The translations under genes were made by a program, and so were the position numbers. From Octopus vulgaris (lineage: Eukaryota), in contig OX597816.1 of assembly GCA_951406725.2 (NCBI GenBank), forward strand, positions 165,974,001 through 166,038,000: a stretch of DNA of 64,000 nucleotides, given 5' to 3'. The notes under the pieces are model-generated. The model did not search any database. It saw only the letters and a program-made list of their open reading frames with translations, and was not told the origin of the DNA. Below, piece by piece: positions 26,988 to 39,165 of this stretch; position 1 is the stretch's first letter; each line of letters starts with the position of its first letter.

Positions 26988-27039
<52 letters not shown>

Positions 27040-27684
27040 GTATTTGTATGTCTGTATTTGTGCCCCACCGTTGTTGGTGTGTTTACGTCCCCGTAAATTA
27101 GCGGTTCGGTAAAAGTGGCCTATAGAATAAGTACTAGGCTTACAAAGAATAAGTCCCAGGGTCGATTTGTTCGACTAAAGGCGGTGCTCCAGCATGGTCG
27201 CAGTCAAATGACTGAAACAAGGAAAAAGAAAAGGAAATATATATTCACCTGACAAGCTTCCACACAGTTTCCCTCTATCAGATTCACTCAAAAGGCGTTT
27301 GTTGGATTGGGGCTACAGTAAAAACAATTGCTCAGAACACCGCGTAATGGATCTGAACCCAAAACCACGCTGTACTAAAGCGAGCTTCTTAACCACTCAC
27401 CCATGACTGCGTCTATCACTGGAACCGATTCGGTTACTATTTCTAGCAAACCGAGCAACCACGTACAGGCTCTTTCCTTCACTCACTGTTAGATTTAACA
27501 CCGAGTTTGAAAGGAAATACTTTTAATAAAAGATGCAACAAAAACCAAAATAAAATAACAACAACAATATTAACGTAGATAGAAAGTAATACTTCGTAGA
27601 ATAAAAATCAAAACCATATTTTGGCTCAGGAAAAATAACCTTTGCTCTTCCTCTTCCTCCTTTTCCTCCTCCTCATCACCATCG

Positions 27685-27727
<43 letters not shown>

Positions 27728-28230
27728 CATTATTATTGAGATATAGAGAGTAGCGCATGCCATCAAAGTAACACTGATGTTAAATATATGAAGCCCATTA
27801 TAACTATCATGACTACCCGTCAGATAAGGGTACACCGAGCACATGCATTATTATTATTATTGTTGTTGTTATTATTTTCTCATTAAAGATAATTGCTCAG
27901 AATACCGCGTAATGGAACTGAACCCAAAACCACGATGTACTAAAGCGAGCTTCTTAATCACTGCCACTGGAACCGATTCGGTTGCTATTTCCAGCAGGTC
28001 GAGCAACAACGTAAGGCTCTTTCCTTGACTCGCGGCTAGATTTAAAATCGAGCTTGAAAGGAAATACTTTAATAAAAGATACAGCAAAAAAATAAATAAA
28101 ATAACAGCAACAATATTAGTATAGATAGAAGAAAATACTTCGTAGAGTAAAAATCAAAACCATATTTTGGCTCAGGAAAAATAACCTTTGCTCTTCCTCT
28201 TCTTCCTTTTCCTCCTCCTCCTCATCATCG

Positions 28231-28297
<67 letters not shown>

Positions 28298-28322
28298 CAT
28301 CATCATCATCACCATTATTATT

Positions 28323-28369
<47 letters not shown>

Positions 28370-28386
28370 CATCATCATCACTATTA

Positions 28387-28447
<61 letters not shown>

Positions 28448-28456
28448 CATCATCAC

Positions 28457-28498
<42 letters not shown>

Positions 28499-28507
28499 CA
28501 TCATCAC

Positions 28508-28552
<45 letters not shown>

Positions 28553-28554
28553 CA

Positions 28555-28592
<38 letters not shown>

Positions 28593-28618
28593 GTTATTAT
28601 TATTATTATCATCATCAC

Positions 28619-28659
<41 letters not shown>

Positions 28660-28793
28660 ATTATCATCATCATCACCATTATTATTATTATTATTATCAT
28701 CATCATCACCATTATTATTATTATTATTATTATCATCATCATCATCACCATCATTATTATTATTATTATTATTATTATCATCATCATCATCAC

Positions 28794-28847
<54 letters not shown>

Positions 28848-28865
28848 CATCATCATCATCATCAC

Positions 28866-28898
<33 letters not shown>

Positions 28899-28913
28899 CA
28901 TCATCATCATCAC

Positions 28914-28958
<45 letters not shown>

Positions 28959-29500
28959 CATGATCATCATCACCATTATTATTATTATTATTATTATCAT
29001 TATTATTGAGATATAGAGAGCAGCGCATGCCATCAAAGTAACACTGAGGTTAAATATATGAAGCCCATTATAACTATCATGACTATCCGTCTGATAAGGG
29101 TACACCGAGCACATGCATTATTATCATTATTATTATTGTTATTGTTATTGTTGTTGTTGTTGTTGTTGTTATTTTTTCATTAAAACAATTAAAAACAATC
29201 GCTCAGAAAACCGCGTGATGGAACTGAACCCCAAACCACGTTGTACTAAAGCGAGCTTCTTAACCACTCACCCATGACTGCGTCTGTCACTGGAACCGAT
29301 TCGGTTGCTATTTCTAGCAGGTCGAGCAACCACGTACAGGCTCTTTCCTTGACTCACGGCTAGTTTTAAAATCGAGTTTGAAAGGAAATACTTTAATAAA
29401 AGATACAGTAAAAAAATAAAACAAAATAAAATAACAGCAACAATATTAGCGTAGATAGAAGAAAGTAATACTTCGTAGAGTAAAAATCAAAACCATATTG
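26641..29500 (+). repeat. Local tandem duplication, 4 partial copies of a composite unit
   Basis: GCTCAGAA.ACCGCGT...GAGTTTGAAAGGAAATACTT..AAAGAT recurs at about 26805, 27330, 27895 and 29200. The GAGATATAGAGAG...CCGAGCACATGCAT block recurs at 27738 and 29008. Confidence 0.9.
28205..29008. repeat. ~800-bp compound microsatellite (ATT)n(ATC)m ACC with higher-order periodicity
   Basis: Direct reading. The equivalent tract in the sibling copy (27675-27737) is only ~60 bp. Confidence 0.95.
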
Positions 29501-29713
29501 CTAAACTGTGAAGAACATGTTTAGATGTGAAGCAAAGATCAGCTTACTTTCAGACAAGATGTTGCCAACTTTGGTGGAGTGTTTTATAAACTTTTTTCTT
29601 TTTTTTTTTTTTTTTTCATATTTTCTATTTTTGCTGTCGTTGATCTAATGGCTGTTTGAATAATACATCGAACCCGAGTGAGAAGATATCTAACATCAAA
29701 TGACACCACAGTT

Positions 29714-29783
<70 letters not shown>

Positions 29784-30009
29784 GTACAGTTGCTCCTCTA
29801 TACCATCATCATCATCATCACTAAAATTATTCAACAATCTCTTCGTTTTCATTAAAATAATTATTAAAATGTTGATATTCTTGATTTTGGAGTCACGAAA
29901 ATAATCTTTGCTCTTCCTCTTCTTCTTCCTCCTCCTCCTCCTCCTCATCGTCATCATCATCATCATTATCATTATTATTATTATCATTATTATTATCATC
30001 ATTATTATT

Positions 30010-30042
<33 letters not shown>

Positions 30043-30044
30043 AT

Positions 30045-30335
30045 TTTCTCATAGGTTTTGTTGTAGCTCCAGGAGTCTTGCATCAATAGCGGGCTTACAA
30101 CCTGCAACCTACGGTTCCATGCTGTCCATTCTTTTCAGCTATCTAATACTTTCCTGATTATTCTGGTCGTGCCAAGGAGGCAAACGTTTTGTAAGAGCTC
30201 TACTCGGCACACTGTTCCAATTTCCTTTATATTCCTCTTGATGCCTTCTGATATTGTTCCCAAAAACCCAACAATAATTGGCACTATCTTCACCATCTTT
30301 ATTTTCTATAGCCGGGCTATTTCGAACTTAAGAGG
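30045..30335 (-). mobile_element. R4/Dong-type LINE 3' end
   Basis: Minus strand reads ..PLKFEIARL*..VKIVPIIVGFLG..VELLQNVCLLGTTRIIRKVL. Homologous to 40480-40680. Confidence 0.75.
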
Positions 30336-30369
30336 GTTGTATCTATCTATTTATCTATCTATCTATCAG

Positions 30370-30401
<32 letters not shown>

Positions 30402-30438
30402 TTATCTATCTATTTATCTATCTATCTATTTATCTCTC

Positions 30439-30543
<105 letters not shown>

Positions 30544-30544
30544 C

Positions 30545-30935
30545 ACGATTATCACGCTTTTACATGCTAATTTACTTAGCAGATAACTTATCTTGAGGTC
30601 TGGTGACAAAAAGTCTCCTCAAATCTCAAGAATTTTCTTTAGAATTCTAGCAGAATGTAGGAAGGTAATTTTCTGCAGGTTTCCCCATTTCTCTCTGTCT
30701 TTTAGGTAGCACATCGGATGCTGTGTCAAGTGCTTCTATGACTACAAGAATAATTGTTGACTTGGTCTTCCACAGTCTCCCCAGATCTCTAATTAGATTC
30801 TGATATTTCTCATTTTTTCTCCAATTTCTTTGGAATTAACTCTGCTGTCACAGGGAATTTCAAAATCTATGACCATACAGACTTTATTTTGCCTTTTATA
30901 ATCTTATCTACAGTCTCCAGTTCTGATGTTATGAT
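30545..30935 (-). mobile_element. R4/Dong-type LINE 3' end abutting (ATT)n
   Basis: Minus strand reads ..CMVIDFEIP.DSRVNSKE..KYQNL..ELGRLWKT...ILVVIEAL...LQKITFLHSARILKKIL. Confidence 0.7.
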
Positions 30936-30985
30936 GCTAGGTGTTCCCCCTCCATTATTTTGTCCATCTCCTGTATGTATATATA

Positions 30986-31047
<62 letters not shown>

Positions 31048-31049
31048 GG

Positions 31050-31380
31050 AGGAGACCCCTTCGGTCATGAATGACCCTGGGATTGCACCTAGAAAGTTAC
31101 CCTCCGAGGCACAAGTCAGGGTAAGATTGTTTGTGGAAGGCCAGCAGCGCCCATGCATACCAGCCTCTCCACACCACTAATGTTATCCAAGGAAAAGGCA
31201 AAGGCCGATACAGCTTGGTACCAGTGATGTCGCAACTCATTTCTACAGCTGAGTGAACTGGAGCATCGTGAAATAAAGGGTCTTGCTTAAGAACACAGCA
31301 TGCAGCCCGGTCCGGGAATCGAACTCAGAACCTCACGATTGTAAGCTTCATGCTCTAACCACTGAGCCATGCACCTTCAC
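31050..31380 (-). mobile_element. tRNA/CORE-like SINE with tail type D
   Basis: Head as family C. Tail GTAGAAATGAGTTGCGAC...GGTCATTCATGACCGAAGGGG is the uninterrupted version of 48313-49052. Confidence 0.85.
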
Positions 31381-31426
31381 TGAATATATGTCTATGTGTG
31401 TATGTATGTATTTATATATGTATGTA

Positions 31427-31459
<33 letters not shown>

Positions 31460-31534
31460 TGTATGTATGTATGTATGTATGTATGTATGTGTGTATGTAT
31501 GTATGCATGCATGTATGTATGTATGTATTTGTAT

Positions 31535-31730
31535 GTTTGTGTTTGTCACCCCGCCATCGTCTGACAACTGATGCTGGTGTGTTTGCGTGCACATAATCTA
31601 GCTGTTCGGCAAAAGAGACCGATAGAATAAGTACTAGGCTTACAAAGAATAAGTCCTGGGGTCGACTTGTTCGATTAAAACGGCTGTGCTCCAACATGGA
31701 CGTAGTCAAATGACTGAAACAAGTAAACGC
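31535..31730 (+). mobile_element. SINE family B, 3' half
   Basis: GACAACTGATGCTGGTGTG...CAAATGACTGAAACAAGTAAA. Confidence 0.8.
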
Positions 31731-31984
31731 ATAACGTTTCTTTTAAACATCGAATGGCTATGAGAGTCCACTCGAGGGGACACGAGTAAAATAAGAATCG
31801 AAGATTTCTATTGGCAAAAATGGTGGAAAGCTACTGGACTAAATCTTTGAAGCCGGTGCCCCAGCATGGCCGCACTCACAATGAATCAAACATGTTATAA
31901 ATAAAATGAGATGTTGCTGCATCTGGTAAAGTTTCACTTGTTCATTAATCAGCGGAGCAGATGTTTCCAACTGAAAACAGCTTC

Positions 31985-32001
31985 TCAACACACCCACGCT
32001 T

Positions 32002-32068
<67 letters not shown>

Positions 32069-32542
32069 TACGCTCAAACATGGGCACACAGACACACATT
32101 CGCACACACACGGACACAAACACTCGCACACACACACACACATGGACACACACACACACACATGGACATACACACGGACACAGACACACGGACACACACA
32201 CATGGACACACACGTATACATGGACATACACACGGACACAGACAAACACACGGGCACATGCACTCGCACACACCCATGCACATGCACACACACACACACA
32301 CCCACTCACATACACACGGACACACATAGACACGCACACGTGGACACATACACTCACACACGCACAAACGATCACACACACACACGAGCACATGCACTCG
32401 CACACAAACACACACGCTCCCCCCACACACACACACTCGTACACACACGCACACACACACACGGACAAACACACACGGATGCAGATACTGGCACACACAC
32501 ACGGACACACAAACGGACACACTCGCACACACTCGGACATAC

Positions 32543-32582
<40 letters not shown>

Positions 32583-32610
32583 ACACACACATACACTGGC
32601 ACGCATGCGC
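31985..32610. repeat. Degenerate (CA)n low-complexity tract
   Basis: CA repeats punctuated by CGGA, TGGA and CTCG. Source of several spurious ORFs. Confidence 0.9.
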
Positions 32611-33539
32611 TCAAAGAGAAAGAGATGATGGCGAGAAGAGTGCAGCGACCGAGGCTAGAGGCACATGTCAACCAATTCAGCAACACTTCGTATTTGCCTA
32701 TTAAATATGAACATAACCTCTTCAATTATTTATCTTAGAATTCTCTACGCAATATAACCCTCACACCTTCCCTTTCCCTCCTCAAGTTCTTCCTTTCCCC
32801 CTCTGTTTCCCTTTCCAACTCTTTCTCCTCCCCTCCTCTTCCTCTCTTCTCTCTCTCTCTTGTACATTTTATGTTAGTTTTCTCTGTATCTTTCTTTCAA
32901 TCTCTCTTTTATCACTCTGTCTCCCTCCACCCTCTCTTTCTCGATCGTATTTTATCAATTTAGTCGTATGAAACATATTTCTCTTATTTATCAAACTCAA
33001 AATATGAAGGCGTGTGGCCTAGTGTTTGCCCTCAGAATCGCTAGATCGTGGGTTCAATCCCCAGATCAAGCAGCGTGCTGTGTTCTTGCTCAAGAACACA
33101 ACACGCAGCCCGGTCCGGGAATCGAACTCACAACCTCACGATCGTAAGCTCTACGCTCTAACCACTGAGCCATGCGTCTTCACTGAATATATGTCTATGT
33201 GTGTGTATGTATGTATGCATATATGTATGTATTTGTATGTTTGTGTTTGTCGAGGGGACACGAGTAAAATAAGAATCGAAGAGTTCTATAGGCAAAAATG
33301 GACTAAATCTTTGAAGCCGGTGCTCCAGCATTTCATAATAGTCGACTTTTGTATACAGGAATGGGGAAAAGTATGTATACAGTTACTTAATATGAACAGG
33401 ACATTCTTTTCATTTCTCTATTTCTTTTTTAGGATAAGAATTCTATGATTCTAAGTTCTTTTTAACTAATTCCTTCTGTAAAAAAAAAAACAATTATTCC
33501 CAATTTCAGATAGTAATTATAAATTTCCAATTTTACCAA

Positions 33540-34055
33540 CGATAAACAAAAGTGGATCACCAAGCAGTATTGGAAAACAGAGAATGCAGAAATGGTTAGA
33601 CGGAAATGGACTGAAGAATTTCAAAGACCAGCTCCGTCAAGATTAACAGTTTACAGAATACGTGATAAGGCGGTGAGCTGGCAAAAACGTTAGCAGACCG
33701 GGCGAAATTCTTAGCGAAATTCCGCCGAGGTCGACTTTGCCTTTCATCCTTTCGGGATCGATTAAATAAGTACTAGTTACGCACTGGTGTCGATATAATC
33801 GATTTAATCCGTTTGTCTGTTCTTGTTTGTCCCCTCTGTGTATAGCCCCTTGTGGGCAGTAAAGAAATAAGAATACGTGATAAATTTTAGCAAACTGGGT
33901 CCATCTGCAATGCAAAGAAAAGTGGTCGACCGGTCAGTGTTGCCACTGAATAAAATGAAATGCTTGTAGCTCAAGCATTCACTCAAGATCCACAGGCATA
34001 AAAAAGGTGGAGTTTCTAATGAACTAGGCATCTCCCACAGATCACTTAGTCGCTT
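33540..34055 (+). mobile_element. Tc1/mariner-superfamily transposase N-terminus (DUF4817-type HTH), split by a SINE
   Basis: After removing the SINE it reads KWITKQYWKTENAEMVRRKWTEEFQRPAPSRLTVYRIRDKF*QTGSICNAKKSGRP.. Confidence 0.8.
33669..33869 (+). mobile_element. SINE family A with 14-bp TSD
   Basis: TSD AGAATACGTGATAA at 33655-33668 and 33870-33883. Confidence 0.92.
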
Positions 34056-34886
34056 AAGTTTGAACAAAAATAAAGGAATACAAGGAACATTCCAGTCATT
34101 CCAGGATAATGAGATTGCTGCGGTTAACCTTCAGCCTGAACCTGTACAGGTTTGTGTCTGCATGAAGCAATCCATAGGGAAATTGCTTCCACTGTGCTGA
34201 CATGTTCTCTATACATCATCCTAACGACGTAATCTTCACTAAGACCTACTATAACCCAATAGATAGCCATGTATTTGCTGCAGAGAACTTTTACAGAACT
34301 CGATATTCTGATGTTTAAATGAATATACTAAAAAAACATACAAACTTCTGGCTGCTCCACCAACGTCTTCAACTTTATGTGTAAAATGTGTCTCGTCAAT
34401 CATTGAAGTAGGAAGTATTTATTTTGGTTTTTATTCAAAACATTCATCATATTATAAATATCATTTATTTTCTACTGTCTAGTTTTGTGTTTATTCTTTG
34501 CTTTCTTTTTCCATCTGCGAATCCATATATTTTTTTCGATCTGCAAAACGAAACAGCATTATATATAGATATATATATGTGTGTGTGTGTGTGTGCGTTC
34601 GTCTGTGTGTGTGCGTGATTTGCGTGTGTGTGTGCGTCTGTGTGTACGTATGTATGTTTATATGTATGCATAATTGTATGTATGTACACATACACAGCAC
34701 ACACAAATATGTTTGCATAAATATATATATGTGTGTATGTTTATATATATGTGTGTATATATATTATATATGTGTGCGTACATATATCATATAGATATAC
34801 ATAATATATACACACACGTACGTATAATATATATACACACATATATATATACACGTACACACACATATAAACATTAAATATATTTG

Positions 34887-34998
<112 letters not shown>

Positions 34999-35020
34999 TG
35001 TGTGTGTGTGTGTGTGTGTG

Positions 35021-35235
35021 TGTGACAATTATTCGGTAGCCATGACAAAACTCCGAGTTTCGGATGTCGGAGAGGAAACCCACCCCGCCATATTTTCAGT
35101 TATCCGGCTATCAAAAGAATGCATTTTCATAGCATTTTTTTCGATGGCCGGATAACTGAAGAGATAACGGCGTTGGATTTCCTCCCCGACATCCGAAACT
35201 CGGAGTTTTGTCATGGCTACCGAATAATTGTCACA
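35021..35235. mobile_element. 215-bp palindromic MITE, TGT...ACA ends
   Basis: Perfect ~48-bp TIR TGTGACAATTATTCGGTAGCCATGACAAAACTCCGAGTTTCGGATGTCGG, with imperfect pairing continuing to the centre. Confidence 0.85.
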
Positions 35236-35340
35236 TTTTAATTTTACAGATAAATTCCTCTATTTACATAATATCGAGGTCTCTTTCATTCTTTTGTTGT
35301 CTTACCATTTTTATCAATATATATATATATATATATATAA

Positions 35341-35550
35341 CGGGAAGCTTTATGAAAATAAACAAAAGACGAAGGCAGGTGGAATACAAACAAACAATTG
35401 TATTAGTATGACGCTCAGGAATATAAATAAAACAAGTCTTTAACGTTTCGAGCCTACGCTCTTCAACAGAAGGATACACAGAAAAGAAACATGGAGAGAA
35501 ACAAGGAGAGAAAAAATGCGTGCAGAAGCTAGCGAATCAACTTGGCGATC
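35341..35550 (-). mobile_element. Family H2 element flanked by (TA)n
   Basis: Reverse complement at 35436-35472 reads CTT-CTGTTGA-a-GAGC-gtag-GCTC-GAAAC-GTT-AAAGAC. Confidence 0.75.
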
Positions 35551-35774
35551 TATATATATACACACACATTCAAAATTTAGAGGACTGACCACTAAAGTGG
35601 ACAGCTTATATGCTAAACATAGACGTCAAATCGCCATTTTTTAATCTTTGGATTTTTTGGCGTCAAATCGCCAATTTTTAATCTTCGAATGTTTTTAATA
35701 TGCTAAGCCACTAGTTTTAATTTATTAATATCAATTTCTACCCTTATTATTTAATATATATATATACGATTTTA

Positions 35775-36556
35775 AAATAGGATAAAATCTTTATAAGAAA
35801 TTATCAAGTAGTTAGCGTGAAAATCATCATTTATTAATTATTTCCTTTATATATATTTATTTATATTAAGACCATTACTATACATAAATGCCTCACGCTA
35901 AGAGGTACTCTTACAGTCAAATCTACCATAATAAATAAACACATTGTATCGAACTCGAGGGAATGCGACTCTCGAAGCGAGCATTTTGAAAACAGAATTC
36001 AGGTGTATATCATATGATTTCATAATTAGTGCTCAAAATGCACTTTTTAATCGTCAGTGCAAGCATAATTCACGATACATAAAAATGAACAAAAATCAAC
36101 ATACCAGATGAACAGCAAATGTATCCAGCATAGTACATAGAATTGTTCACACTTATATATCTATGTAAAAGGCGGGCTTTTCGAATTGCATCTCGATATA
36201 TGTCTTTACTCAGAATAAAATTCAGCACTGAATATATTCCGGTTAAATTTACAATTGAAAAATAGGATAAAATCTTCATAAGAATTTATCAAGTAGTCAG
36301 CGTGAAAAACCTCATCAATTATTCCTCTTAAATATATTTATTTATATATTTATTTATATTGAGAGCATTACTATACATAAATGCCTCAGGCTAGGAGAGA
36401 GACTTTTAAAGTCAAAACTACCATAATAAACACAGTTGACAATTCTTGAAATGTTCTTCAGCTTAAAAATATATATATATGTGGTGGGGGTGTATGTATG
36501 TATTTATATGTATGTATGTATTACAAATTTATTTCAGCATTGTTTGTTGTTGTTGT

Positions 36557-36588
<32 letters not shown>

Positions 36589-36840
36589 TGTTTATTATGG
36601 TAGTTTAGACTTTAAGAGTCTCTCCTAGCGTGAGGCATTTATGTATAGTAATGCTCTTAACATAAATAAATATATTTAAGAGGAATAATTGATGGATTTT
36701 TCCCTTATGAGGTTTTTCACGCTAACTACTTGATAAATTCTTATAAAGATTTTATCCTATTTTTCAATTGTCAATTTAACCGGAATATATTCAGTGCTGA
36801 ATTAGCGTGAGGCATTTATGATAGTAATGCCCTTAATATA
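35775..36840. repeat. Three to four copies of a ~200-bp AT-rich unit, two forming an inverted pair (36219-36435 / 36586-36803)
   Basis: ATAGGATAAAATCTT..GCGTGAAAA..TACATAAATGCCTCA.GCTA..CTACCATAATAAA at 35775(+), 36260(+) and 36590-36765(-). Confidence 0.85.
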
Positions 36841-36852
36841 TAATATATAATA

Positions 36853-36905
<53 letters not shown>

Positions 36906-36907
<2 letters not shown>

Positions 36908-37101
36908 TTATTTTATAGAAGGAGCTTCTACAGGACTAGAACTGTTTCATTCAAAAGAAATCATCAGGAGCTTCCTGATGATTTCTTTTGAATGAAACAG
37001 TTCTAGTCATGTAGAAGCTCCTTCTATAAAATAAATTAATTTACTCTGCTATGTATTGAGTACCTTATTTGCTGTGGTTAACCCCGACTCAACCCGGGAC
37101 C

Positions 37102-37105
<4 letters not shown>
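36906..37105. mobile_element. Fold-back pLTR-like element in (TA)n (near-perfect 131-bp palindrome 36906-37036)
   Basis: Arms differ at about one position. (TA)n on both sides. Confidence 0.8.
36967..37021 (+). ncRNA. Type I hammerhead motif with 8-bp stem I
   Basis: GGAGCTTC-CTGATGA-t-TTC-tttt-GAA-t-GAAAC-agttctagtcat-GTA-GAAGCTCC. The mirror copy on the minus strand has stem III ACAG/CTGT. Confidence 0.85.
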
Positions 37106-37174
<69 letters not shown>

Positions 37175-37249
37175 AATATTAGGGAATAAATCCAAATTTA
37201 CAGTAAAAAAAATCAGATTTAGGATTAAATCCAATTTTATAGTAAAATT

Positions 37250-37323
<74 letters not shown>

Positions 37324-37398
37324 ATATGTATGTATGTATGTATGTATATATATATATATATATATTATAACTCACTCTGAGATTTATCATTATATATA

Positions 37399-37434
<36 letters not shown>

Positions 37435-37999
37435 TGTATGTATGTATGTATGTATGCGTGTTTGTGTTAATTTTCCTCAACCTTGTTAATATGCTAATAT
37501 TCGAGATGAGAAAGAGAAAGAAAGGCTCAGTTTGCTTTTTATCTGGCATCGCCGTTAACGTTATATAGCTTTGTGTGTCTTGCAAATTTCCATTCCTTCA
37601 TCCCCACTTGTTGGCCAAACTTCAGAATACATCTTACTGAAAATAGATTTGGACAATTTCCCAAAATCGAGAGCTTTTTTTTTTTTTTTTTTGCTTATTA
37701 TATGTAAGAAATATATATATGAAGGAAGATGGTATAGGCTGTTAGTGGCGGTGTTGTGGCGGCGGCGGCGGCGGCGGCGGCGGCGATGAGGGGGGTAAGA
37801 TGTGAAGAACTACATAGAAATCCATATTGATTATTGGTCAAAGGATTAAGCACCATGTCGTCATAGGTCAGCTGACAATTGACGGCTCTGCGAGCATTCT
37901 TGAGACGTTCTTCAGCTTAAACATATATGTGTGTGGTGGAGGGTATGTATGTATGTATGTATGTATGTATTACAAATTTATTTCAGCCGTGTTTATTGC

Positions 38000-38033
<34 letters not shown>

Positions 38034-38140
38034 GGGAGTGCTGGAGGTGGTAGGAGGAGGGTGGCGGCAGTAACGGGGATTGTGATGGTTCTTTAGGTTA
38101 AGTAAATATACGATATATTACAAATAGATTTCAAGCAAAA

Positions 38141-38603
38141 TTGGTGGTGGTGGTGGTGCTTGTAATGGTGCTGGTGATGGTGGCGGTGGTGGTGCTGGTG
38201 ATGGTGATGGTGGCGGTGGTGGTGGTGACGGCAGTGGTGTTGGTAGTGGTGGTGGTGACGGCAGTGGTGTTGGTGGTGGTGGTGGAGGTGGTGGTGGTGC
38301 TGGTGATGGTGCTGGTGATGGTGGCGGTGGGTGGTGGTGGTGGTGGTGGTGGTGGTGGTGGTGGTGGTGGTGGTGGCGGCGGTGGTGGCGGTGGTGGTGG
38401 TGGCAGTGGTGGTGACGGTGGTGGTGGTGACGGTGGTGGTGGTGGTGGTGGTGGTGACGGTGGTGGTGGTGACGGTGGTGGTGGTGACGGTGGTGGTGGT
38501 GGTGGTGGTTGGTGGTAGTGGTGGGTGTGTTGATGGTGATGGGTGTGTTGGTGGTGATGGGTGTGATTGTGGTTTCGGTGGTGATGGTGGTGGGGGTGGG
38601 GGT
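38141..38603. repeat. Degenerate (GGT)n tract
   Basis: Direct reading. Source of the poly-P/H/V/G ORFs. Confidence 0.92.
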
Positions 38604-38604
38604 T

Positions 38605-38765
38605 AGTGAAAGCATGTAGCTTAGTTACTCGAGTATTCAACTCACAATCGTATGTTCGTGAGTTTGATTCCCAGCGGCGCGTTGTGTCCTTGAGCAAGAC
38701 ACTCTATTTCACGTAGCCCCAGTCGACTCAGCTGCCAAAAACTGAGTCGTACTAGTACTTCAAAC
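38605..38765 (+). mobile_element. SINE family C head and CORE-like block
   Basis: GTGAGTTTGATTCCC..GTGTCCTTGAGCAAGACACT..ACTCAGCTG. Confidence 0.78.
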
Positions 38766-38779
38766 GGCCACAGTTTCAT

Positions 38780-39165
38780 CGCTCTGCGCGCATCTTCGAG
38801 CAAGCCCGGATGACTGGACTCCCGTACCTGTAGAGTTCATCCCGAACAGGCAGTGCCCCGCAGTAGCACTGCCAAGGACCTCTGGAAAATATCCATAGGC
38901 CTCGGTAGTTCGGAACCTTAATAGTTCCGAACTACCGAGCAGATCTCGCTGTACATTGCTGCGATCCAGCCACGGAAAATGGGACCGAACCCGACTACCG
39001 TCCGAACGGCCACCAGATACTGGTTGTCGACCCTATCAAAGGGTATAGATTGATCTAAATTGATCTATGCCAGATTCATTACCCACATTCTATATGATGT
39101 GTCGCATGAGGTGGAAGTTGTCATGGAAGGATCTGCTTGGAATGGTGCATGATTGCGCAGGTGAT
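38780..39165 (-). mobile_element. Tx1/L1-clade LINE remnant (RT piece fused to C-terminal zinc-finger piece)
   Basis: Minus strand reads AQSCTIPSRSFHDNFHLMRHII..INLDQSIPFDRVDNQYL..GFGPIFRGWIAAMYS, then GALPVRDELYRYGSPVIRAC..C. Confidence 0.8.

Noticed and set aside
28116-29114. 332-aa and neighbouring long ORFs (poly-I/N/D/Y)
   Set aside because: Pure translation of the (ATT)/(ATC) microsatellite; no real protein content.
31839-32738. 255-275-aa His/Thr or Cys/Val-rich ORFs
   Set aside because: Stop-free frames of a degenerate (CA)n tract, open on both strands.
37746-37800. (GGC)n followed by ATG and GTAAG as a possible first exon
   Set aside because: Only a short trinucleotide run with a chance donor-like site. 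There is no CpG-rich surroundings or downstream exon to support it.
38118-38697. Extensin- or formin-like poly-proline ORF
   Set aside because: It is a (GGT)n tract open in several frames, its start lies in a SINE head, and there is no splice or domain context.
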